Source: an uncultured Spirochaetota bacterium
GTDB taxonomy: Bacteria > Spirochaetota > Brevinematia > Brevinematales > JAOACQ01
Assembly: GCA_963768055.1 (NCBI GenBank)
Contig: CAVYGN010000002.1
Span: 800,001 to 864,000 of the forward strand
Length of the DNA: 64,000 nucleotides
Direction of reading: 5' to 3'
The notes under the pieces are model-generated. The model was not told where the DNA came from, did not search any database, and was given only the letters and a program-made list of their open reading frames with translations. Below are positions 48,695-56,220 of the stretch, piece after piece. The translations under genes and the position numbers were made by a program. How positions within the stretch are numbered: position 1 is the stretch's first letter; each line of letters begins with the position of its first letter.

Positions 48695-50821
48695 ATGAAT
48701 ATAAATGTAACTATGGAGGTTAAAATGGCTAAGAATCTTTCAAATGGTTTTAGTAAAATTGCAGGAGGATTTGATCATAGTTTAGCGCAGAAAAATGACG
48801 GTACGTTATGGGTAACGGGAAGAAACAGATATAGCCAGCTTGAAACCGGAAATATTAATATTTTTTACAACTGGGTGCAGGTGTTAAGCGACATCCGGTC
48901 TGTTACAGGAGGAGGTTCTCATAGTTTAGCCCTGAAAATTGACGGTACGTTATGGGCGACGGGTAAAAACGAATACGGCCAGCTCGGCAACGGGAATAAT
49001 GAGGATGCCTACTACTGGGTTAAAGTACTCAGCGGGGTCAGTCTCGTTGACGGAGGGGAGTTTCACAGCTTGGCGTTGAAAAGCGATGGTACTTTATGGG
49101 TGACGGGGAGAAACGAGTGTGGCCAACTCGGCAACGGGAATAATAATGACACCGGGAAATGGTTGCAGGTATTAAGCGAAGTCAGTTCTATGGCTGCGGG
49201 ATCCAGTTATACTTTAGCGCTGAAAAATGACGGCACGTTATGGGCGACAGGAAGGAATGAGTATGGGCAGTTTGGTACAGGGAATCATAATGATACCAGC
49301 AACTGGGTGCAGGTATTAAGCGGGGTCAGTTCCATGGCTGCAGGATATTATCATAGTTTAGTGTTGAAGAATGACGGCACGTTATGGGCGGCTGGAGTTA
49401 ACCACAATGGCCAGCTTGGAACCGGGAATAATAATGATACCAGCAGCTGGGTGCAGGTATTAAGCGGGGTCAGTTCCATGGCTGCGGGATATTATCATAG
49501 TTTAGTGTTGAAGAATGACGGCACGTTATGGGCGGCTGGCGATAATAGACATGGCCAGCTCGGCATGGATTCTAATAATACCAACAACAACTGGGTGCAG
49601 GTATTAAGCGGGGTCAGATCCATGGCTGCGGGATATTACCATAGTTTGGCGCTGAAAAGTGACGGCACGTTATGGGCGGCCGGGAATAACCACAATGGCC
49701 AGCTTGGCACCGGGAATGATAGTAATGCCGGCAGGTGGGTCCAGGTTTTAAACGGTGTCAGTTCAATCGCCGCAGGATATTACCATAGTTTGGTGCTGAA
49801 AAATAACGGTACGCTATGGGTAGCGGGAGAAAACTCTGCCGGGCAGCTTGGAACGGGAAACGGTATTGAATCCAACAACTGGGAACAAATTGCAAATATC
49901 ATCGCTTCCTTTGCAGGAGGATTTGATCATAGCCTGGTGTTGAAAATTGACGGTTCCTTGTGGGTAACGGGGAGAAACCAATATGGCCAGCTTGGCGTGG
50001 GGAATAATAATTATGCCGGCAGATTGGTGCAGGTATTAAGCGGAGTCAATTCCATCGCTGCAGGGGATAGTTTTAGTTTGGCTTTGAAGAATGACGGCAC
50101 ATTATGGGCGACGGGCAGGAACGAATATGGGGAACTTGGCATCGGGAATAATAATGATACCGTCAGCTGGGTACAGACATTAAGCGGAGTCAGTTCCGTT
50201 GCCGCGGGGGATAATTTTAGTTTGGCGTTGAAAAGTGACGGCACATTGTGGGCGGCGGGAAATAACAAAAATGGCCAGCTTGGCACCGGGGATAATAATA
50301 ACGCCGTCAGCTGGGTGCAGGTTTTAAACGGCGTCGGTTCCATTGCCGCAGGATATTATCATTGCTTAGCTTTAAAAAATGATGGTACATTGTGGGCGTC
50401 AGGAGATAACGAATATGGCCAGCTTGGCACCGGGAACCAAAATGATGCCGGTAAATGGGCGCAGGTTTTAAGCGGCGTCGGTTCCATTGCCGCAGGGATG
50501 TATCATAGTTTAGCCTTGAAAAGTGACGGCACGTTGTGGGTGACGGGAAATAACGAATATGGCCAGCTTGGCACGGGCAATAATAACAATATCAAAAAAT
50601 GGGTGAAAGTATTAAGCCAGGTCGGTTCCATAGCAGCCGGAACTGATCATAGTTTGGCGCTGAAGAACGACGGCACAATGTGGATGGCAGGGGATAACCG
50701 TTATGGCCAGCTTGGAACCGGGAATAATAAAAATTCAAACTCTTGGATAAAAGAGGCTATAGATTCTCTGCCGGGGGCGGGACTCGAACCCGCACAGGCA
50801 ATGACGCCCGAGGGATTTTAA
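48695..50821 (+). CDS. RCC1-repeat protein (14 repeats)
   Basis: 14 copies of AAG..HSLALK.DGTLW..G.N.YGQLG.G; stop codon lies inside the antisense tRNA-Leu; putative promoter TTGCAT-N17-TATTAT at 48624-48652. Confidence 0.92.
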   Translation: MNINVTMEVKMAKNLSNGFSKIAGGFDHSLAQKNDGTLWVTGRNRYSQLETGNINIFYNWVQVLSDIRSVTGGGSHSLALKIDGTLWATGKNEYGQLGNGNNEDAYYWVKVLSGVSLVDGGEFHSLALKSDGTLWVTGRNECGQLGNGNNNDTGKWLQVLSEVSSMAAGSSYTLALKNDGTLWATGRNEYGQFGTGNHNDTSNWVQVLSGVSSMAAGYYHSLVLKNDGTLWAAGVNHNGQLGTGNNNDTSSWVQVLSGVSSMAAGYYHSLVLKNDGTLWAAGDNRHGQLGMDSNNTNNNWVQVLSGVRSMAAGYYHSLALKSDGTLWAAGNNHNGQLGTGNDSNAGRWVQVLNGVSSIAAGYYHSLVLKNNGTLWVAGENSAGQLGTGNGIESNNWEQIANIIASFAGGFDHSLVLKIDGSLWVTGRNQYGQLGVGNNNYAGRLVQVLSGVNSIAAGDSFSLALKNDGTLWATGRNEYGELGIGNNNDTVSWVQTLSGVSSVAAGDNFSLALKSDGTLWAAGNNKNGQLGTGDNNNAVSWVQVLNGVGSIAAGYYHCLALKNDGTLWASGDNEYGQLGTGNQNDAGKWAQVLSGVGSIAAGMYHSLALKSDGTLWVTGNNEYGQLGTGNNNNIKKWVKVLSQVGSIAAGTDHSLALKNDGTMWMAGDNRYGQLGTGNNKNSNSWIKEAIDSLPGAGLEPAQAMTPEGF

Positions 50822-50854
50822 GTCCCTTGTGTCTACCAATTCCACCACCTCGGC
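50769..50854 (-). tRNA. tRNA-Leu (TAA)
   Basis: GCCGAGGTGGTGGAATTGGTAGACAC-AAGGGA-CTTAAAA-TCCCT, long variable arm, GCGGGTTCGAGTCCCGC. Confidence 0.95.
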
Positions 50855-50863
50855 ACATTGAAT

Positions 50864-50936
50864 AGGGGATGGTCGGAATTGAACCGACGAATAGCGGTTT
50901 TGCAGACCGCCGCCTTAGCCACTTGGCTACATCCCC
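50864..50936 (-). tRNA. tRNA-Cys (GCA)
   Basis: GGGGATG/CATCCCC acceptor, anticodon loop CTGCAAA, U73 discriminator. Confidence 0.95.
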
Positions 50937-50948
50937 ATAGGGGATAAA

Positions 50949-50977
50949 ATTATAATAAGCTTTGGGGGCTGTGTCAA
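50949..50977 (-). promoter_or_regulatory. Consensus sigma70 promoter of the tRNA-Cys/tRNA-Leu operon
   Basis: TTGACA-N17-TATAAT, perfect consensus. Confidence 0.85.
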
Positions 50978-51174
50978 TTTTCTTTAAGACCGGCTTTAAT
51001 TGTTTTACTTAAGAAATCCGAAAACATCTGCGTAATTTCGGCCGCCTTTTCCTTAACGACCATTTTGTGGCCCGATTGAAAAACGACTATAGTATCCGGC
51101 GTTTCTTCCACGAACTCTACAAGAAACATGTTGACAGTAAATTTAGTGTTGTTCAATCGCGTCAATTCGATCAT
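50974..51174 (-). CDS. flbD: Flagellar protein FlbD
   Basis: MIELTRLN...VN..LVE..EETPDT; downstream of flgE. Confidence 0.9.
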   Translation of the reverse strand: MIELTRLNNTKFTVNMFLVEFVEETPDTIVVFQSGHKMVVKEKAAEITQMFSDFLSKTIKAGLKEN

Positions 51175-51185
51175 ATCCTAACCGG

Positions 51186-52550
51186 CTATCTCTTAAGGTT
51201 GAGGATTTCCCTTAGCATGTCGTCGGAAGTCGTTACAACCCTTGAATTTGCCTGGAATCCCCTTTCTGTTACAATCATATCCGTAAAGGTTTCGGAAAGG
51301 TCGACATTGCTCATTTCAAGCGCTCCGGCATAAATCCTTCCCCTTCCCTGAGTACCGGCAGTACCGGTATTCGCCATGCCCGAGTTGTTGGACTCCGTAT
51401 AGAGGCTTTCCCCTTCCTTGGTCAGACCCATCGGGTTTGTGAAGGCGGCGATGGCCACCTGTCCGATGGTTCTGCGTTCGCCGTTCGAATAAGACCCGGT
51501 GATAGTCCCTGAATCGTCAATCTTGAAGGATTCGAGGTAAGACATTTCATAGCCGTCCTGGAAATAGGCTTTTGTAGTCGTAGGAGAGCTGAATTGCGTT
51601 ACCGAGTCAGTCACCTGGCCTACATTTCCGAGCTCGAGATTGAAATTCCTGGTTTGCCCGTCGGGGAGCGTGTAAGCGATAGTTGTAGTAAGCTGTCCCG
51701 TGTTAAGGGTCGTTGGAGCCGCTCCGGCCCCCTCCTGTATGGAGAGAAGGGTTCCGTTAGTATTGAAATTCATAAGAAGTGAATTATTGGAATCGGCTTT
51801 GACGGTCCCGACATTTACCTTGATGGCGTTGTCGGGGATGCCGTCGATCGTCACATTTGCTTTCCACTGGTTCAGTCCCATTTTCTGAAAATTAACGACC
51901 ATTCTTCTTTTTGTTCCGTATCTGTCCACTACGTCTATGCTCGTCGAGTGAGTGTTCTGGATAAGTTCGTCAGGTGTAGGATTGGGCCCTAGAAGCGGGG
52001 TTTTCAGATCAAGGTTGCTCTTCATCCTGACAACTCCGGTTTCCCTGGCTTCAAGCTTTTCCATTATAGGTATTTTCATATCGTCAAGGGGCGCAGCGGT
52101 ATTGATGAAGCGGTCTCCGTTCTGAAGCGTTACGGCATTCCAGCCCTGAACCTTCAAACCGTTAGGGTTTACAAGAAGGCCGTCCCTGTCAAGTAAAAAG
52201 TTTCCCGATCTGGTATAGAAAGTCCTGTCCCCCAGCTTCATAGTAAAAAAGCCTTCGCCTGTAATTGCAAGGTCCGTATTTTTGCCGGTGGTTTGAATAC
52301 TCCCCTGGTTCATCAGCGTATCGATGCTTGCAATGGACATGCCCAGGCCTACCTGTTCGGGATTCAAGCCGCCCCGTTCCTCGGAGGGTTTAGCCGCTCC
52401 TGTAAGCGTCTGCGATAAAATATCCTGGAAGGTCATCCTTCCTTTCTTAAATCCGGTTGTATTTACATTTGCTACGTTGTTACCGATAACATCCATCCTG
52501 GCCTGATGGTTTTGAAGGCCGGATACTGCGGAATAAAGCGATCTCATCAT
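51186..52550 (-). CDS. flgE: Flagellar hook protein FlgE
   Basis: MMRSLYSAVSGL, IGNNVANVNTTGFK, LEMSNVDL, RGFQANSR. Confidence 0.96.
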   Translation of the reverse strand: MMRSLYSAVSGLQNHQARMDVIGNNVANVNTTGFKKGRMTFQDILSQTLTGAAKPSEERGGLNPEQVGLGMSIASIDTLMNQGSIQTTGKNTDLAITGEGFFTMKLGDRTFYTRSGNFLLDRDGLLVNPNGLKVQGWNAVTLQNGDRFINTAAPLDDMKIPIMEKLEARETGVVRMKSNLDLKTPLLGPNPTPDELIQNTHSTSIDVVDRYGTKRRMVVNFQKMGLNQWKANVTIDGIPDNAIKVNVGTVKADSNNSLLMNFNTNGTLLSIQEGAGAAPTTLNTGQLTTTIAYTLPDGQTRNFNLELGNVGQVTDSVTQFSSPTTTKAYFQDGYEMSYLESFKIDDSGTITGSYSNGERRTIGQVAIAAFTNPMGLTKEGESLYTESNNSGMANTGTAGTQGRGRIYAGALEMSNVDLSETFTDMIVTERGFQANSRVVTTSDDMLREILNLKR

Positions 52551-52562
52551 AGGTTTTTCTCC

Positions 52563-53030
52563 TTATTGCTTTATATTTTTTAAAGTTTCACTGACCTCGT
52601 TTATCTGATCCAGCGGAACTTCCATGCCGTTTATGTTCAAAAATGCATCCCCGTTTTTTACCTTGATGCTGTCGACAATTCCGGCGTTGTATTTACTGTC
52701 TTCGTCAGTCCATGAAATCGTTTTGCCGACAAGCGATACGGCCTTTGTAAATGTAAACTCTTTGCCGAGGGTCTTAATATTTTCAGTAAGGTCGTTCATC
52801 TGCTTGAGTGATGTAAACTGGGCCATCTGACCGATAAATTCCTTGTCGTCAAGAGGTTTCGTGGGGTCCTGGCTCTTAAGCTGGGTGATCAGGAGCTTCA
52901 TGAAATCAGCCTGGTCAAGCGTGTTTTTGCTTACTATCTTTTGATTTTCCTTTAATGTTGAGTTGAATTCTGAAACCCTGTAATTCAGTTTATTCAGATC
53001 TTCAGGGCTTAGCTGTGTATTAACGGTCAT
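52563..53030 (-). CDS. flgD: Flagellar hook capping protein FlgD
   Basis: FMKLLITQLKSQDPTKP...QMAQF. Confidence 0.95.
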   Translation of the reverse strand: MTVNTQLSPEDLNKLNYRVSEFNSTLKENQKIVSKNTLDQADFMKLLITQLKSQDPTKPLDDKEFIGQMAQFTSLKQMNDLTENIKTLGKEFTFTKAVSLVGKTISWTDEDSKYNAGIVDSIKVKNGDAFLNINGMEVPLDQINEVSETLKNIKQ

Positions 53031-53058
53031 TAGAAACCTCCTATATCCTTTGATAATT

Positions 53059-54360
53059 TTATGCCAGGTAGTTTATACTGCTTTCGAAAAGGGACTTGTA
53101 TGCGTTCTCCGGTTCGTCAGGCTGCTCAACTGTAATATCCCCTGTATAATAATTATTAACGGAACCCTCCGGAACCTGGCCGGAGTTTTCCTGCCCGTCT
53201 CCGGATAGGCTTACATTTAGATTACCTATGTTAATTCCTGCCTGCTGCAGGGATCTTTGAAGATCGCCCAGGTTCTGGTCAAAAATCATCTTGGCTTCGG
53301 GTGTCGATACGACGATCTGGCCTGTCATCCGCCCCCCTTCCAGAACAAACTTCATGCTCATCCTTCCTAATTCGGGCGGTATCAGATTCATCCTCATTTC
53401 GCTTTTTCCGTCCCTCAGGGTTACAAGCGCCCGCCCGGTAACATTCTGCATCAAGGCTTCAAGGCCCGCCCTGTTCAGGGGGAGCGAATAATTTAAAGCG
53501 GTGCGCGCGGGCGAGTTTGTCATTTCTGTTTTATTATTCCCCTGGGCTGCAAAATCCTTAACCACGGATTTGTCGCCTGTTTCTTTTTCAATTATTTTTA
53601 TCGGCTGAGAGGATTCAGTCTTAACGGCGGAAGTTTCAATTTTCATGGAACCGAGCCCGGAAAATTGCCCGGCAGGGGTATTTTTCCCTTTATCATTATT
53701 TAATACGGCTTTTCCTGCCTCTTCGGGTTTAGTCCTTTTATCTATAACAACAACTTTTTCTTGAGTTAGGTCTTTTTCCCCGCCCGGATTTCCTTGGGTC
53801 TTTTGCTGATTGTTTGAAACCTTAACTCCGGTTTCAGAAGTTTCGTTAATCTTACCGGGATTCTCAATTCCCTCAAGCTTTTTTTTCAACAGTTCCAGAG
53901 CCGGCAGATTACCGTTTAAACCCTGCTTATCGAGAATGGTTATAAGCTGTTCCAGCACCTGGTTTATAAATGACATAAGGGATATTCCTGACTTTCCCGG
54001 CCGGATATCAAGGTCGTTATTTTTATCCTTCATAGCGGCGATCATCTTTTTTATTTTCTCTAATATCGATTTCAGGCTTTCAAGCTCCTCGGGATCCTTT
54101 GATTTTTTTGTGTTCGTTTCAAGTGAATCTATTTTCTTTTCAATTTCATCTATCTTGTTTTTAATCTCTTTCATATCGGGTTCTTTTTCTTTCTTTTCTT
54201 TGTTCTCATTTTTCCCGATGCTGTTGAGAATGTCCTGAAAAGACAATTCCCTGTCTGAAGATTTGTCTTTAATACCGGAATTAAAGTCGCTTTTCAAGCC
54301 ACCTGTGCCTGGCTGGGCCTGAGGCAGTTGAGTCAATACCATGAGGTTCGAACTATCCAT
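53059..54360 (-). CDS. fliK: Flagellar hook-length control protein FliK
   Basis: C-terminal L.PPELGRM...L..SLQQAGI; upstream of flgD. Confidence 0.85.
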   Translation of the reverse strand: MDSSNLMVLTQLPQAQPGTGGLKSDFNSGIKDKSSDRELSFQDILNSIGKNENKEKKEKEPDMKEIKNKIDEIEKKIDSLETNTKKSKDPEELESLKSILEKIKKMIAAMKDKNNDLDIRPGKSGISLMSFINQVLEQLITILDKQGLNGNLPALELLKKKLEGIENPGKINETSETGVKVSNNQQKTQGNPGGEKDLTQEKVVVIDKRTKPEEAGKAVLNNDKGKNTPAGQFSGLGSMKIETSAVKTESSQPIKIIEKETGDKSVVKDFAAQGNNKTEMTNSPARTALNYSLPLNRAGLEALMQNVTGRALVTLRDGKSEMRMNLIPPELGRMSMKFVLEGGRMTGQIVVSTPEAKMIFDQNLGDLQRSLQQAGINIGNLNVSLSGDGQENSGQVPEGSVNNYYTGDITVEQPDEPENAYKSLFESSINYLA

Positions 54361-54393
54361 ATTTTAGACACTCCTTATTCGGTCCTGTTATGA

Positions 54394-54420
54394 TTTTCGG
54401 TAGAAAGAAAAAAAGATTGA
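54394..54420 (-). promoter_or_regulatory. Putative sigma28 promoter of the fliK operon
   Basis: TCAA-N15-ACCGAAAA on the minus strand. Confidence 0.45.
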
Positions 54421-54589
54421 GATGATTTGAGGTTTTTAGAAAATTTAATTAGGAAACGGAGACCGCAGGAGGCTAGTAGTCACAGAGAGTCGCATGACAT
54501 TATATACTTCGCCTTCATCATAAGTTTCCGATTTCAAATTAAATATGATTTTTAATCAGGCAATTGTCAGGATGCTTGATAAAAAACTT

Positions 54590-55939
54590 TCAGTTCGTGC
54601 TTAACCGATTGACAGATAAAAAAATATTGCCTTCGCGGGAACCATATTCGTACGTACCATCAGACTGGATAAAGTTTACAAAATCGTCTTTTTGCAATTT
54701 AACTGTTATTGACTGGCCTTTTCCTTTTATTTCAGCTATTCTGGCTGAAGATTCTTCCTGTCCGCTGCCCATCTGGTAATCGAATAATATAGCCCACCCT
54801 TCGTTATTAAAAATAATATTCCTGTTTTTATAGGCAACAATTTTTGTTTTATGCCCAAGCCTTGTTTTATAATACCCTCTGATAATTTCAAATTTATAAG
54901 TGCCGGGATCTTTTGCTATATATTTTATCCCCGACCAATCACTTTTTGCGGGAATCTCGATTTCTTCATTTGTTTTATTTTCAACCGCCGGAGAAGCAGA
55001 GTTTTTAAAAACAACCGCCTTTGTCTGCCCTTCCGATAACGCAATATTTGTGACTGATAATAACGCATCGCCTTTTTTTAATTCTATTTTATTCCCTTTT
55101 CCGGCATCTACATCGGTGATTATCACTTCGCCGGAATTGTCGGTCTTCCCTATCTTTTCTCCGTTAAGATAAACGTCGATCCCGCCTTCCATAGCCTCTA
55201 TCATCAATACGCCGGAGGGGTTGTAAGCCAGCTCGTTCGTTTTCCCGCTTTCGATCTGTATTATCTTCCTCAGCGCTTCCTCTTCGGAATTGCCGGGTTT
55301 TAAACTTATATCGATTGACTGACCTGAAATAAACTTGTCGAAATACCCGTCCCGGCTGTCTACCGGCTTTACGAACGAGCCGTTTATGAATAACCTGTAA
55401 TTCACGTTCTTAGGCTTTATATCGAGCTTGAAATATCCGAGAGAAATGGTCTTGCCGACTAAAAGGCCCGACACGTCGAGAATCATTTTATCGATGGTAT
55501 CGAAAATCCCGGGACCTGCGTCACCCTTGTAGCTCCTATTGAATAAGACCTGGCCGTCGATAACATTATAAACAAAAACATTTATTATTATTTTATCGCT
55601 CTTCTCATTTATTATATAGTCGCCGGTAATCACCTGCTCCGTTGAAAAATGCTGCGCGATATTGATAGCTTTGCCGTCGTCCAGCGCCTTCAGGCTCCAG
55701 AAATTCGTTCCCCCGGCTATTTCTTCGACATCCTTATAAGGGGTAATGTTTTTAGATATCTTTGAAAGGAAAGTGGCCAGGGATTTTGTCATTATTTTGT
55801 TTATATTGTCCTGGTTCGATTTCCCCTTGTTTATGAATCCGGCGACAGTCGCAGATTTCATTGTAAGATTCTGCGGCCTGATAAGGCCGGTAATTACGAA
55901 TAATATTATCAAAACAGCCGGGATCTTTTTAATTATCAT
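54590..55939 (-). CDS. Exported hypothetical protein (TolB-N/CsgG-like N-domain, PEGA-like middle, unknown C-domain)
   Basis: Signal-like N-terminus; VAGFIN...QVITGDY...INVFVYNV; IDVYLNGEKIGKT. Confidence 0.6.
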   Translation of the reverse strand: MIIKKIPAVLIILFVITGLIRPQNLTMKSATVAGFINKGKSNQDNINKIMTKSLATFLSKISKNITPYKDVEEIAGGTNFWSLKALDDGKAINIAQHFSTEQVITGDYIINEKSDKIIINVFVYNVIDGQVLFNRSYKGDAGPGIFDTIDKMILDVSGLLVGKTISLGYFKLDIKPKNVNYRLFINGSFVKPVDSRDGYFDKFISGQSIDISLKPGNSEEEALRKIIQIESGKTNELAYNPSGVLMIEAMEGGIDVYLNGEKIGKTDNSGEVIITDVDAGKGNKIELKKGDALLSVTNIALSEGQTKAVVFKNSASPAVENKTNEEIEIPAKSDWSGIKYIAKDPGTYKFEIIRGYYKTRLGHKTKIVAYKNRNIIFNNEGWAILFDYQMGSGQEESSARIAEIKGKGQSITVKLQKDDFVNFIQSDGTYEYGSREGNIFLSVNRLSTN

Positions 55940-56220
55940 CCCTTCCTCCATGACTTTCCGTTTGTCATATGTTAAGCGCCGGCGGCAAATTTTACAATTA
56001 AATTGAGATTTCCTGAACGTTTCATCATATTTGCCACTTTCGAAGGTCAGTTCATTACCGGAGCAATTATATCATGACCAAAACATCAAGTCAAACCAGT
56101 TTTTGACTGTTTTTAATAGCAGGCTCATAAAAATCTCCGGAAATCTATCGTTATTTTGATATTCAGGGCAATCCGTGATAAAATCTCGTGCATTTCGGGA
56201 AAGTATGCCAGGGCGGATAG

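Noticed and set aside
48695..50760. Regular 144-bp repeats as a CRISPR array
   Set aside because: They are in-frame RCC1 coding repeats; no repeat-spacer structure or cas genes are seen anywhere in the window
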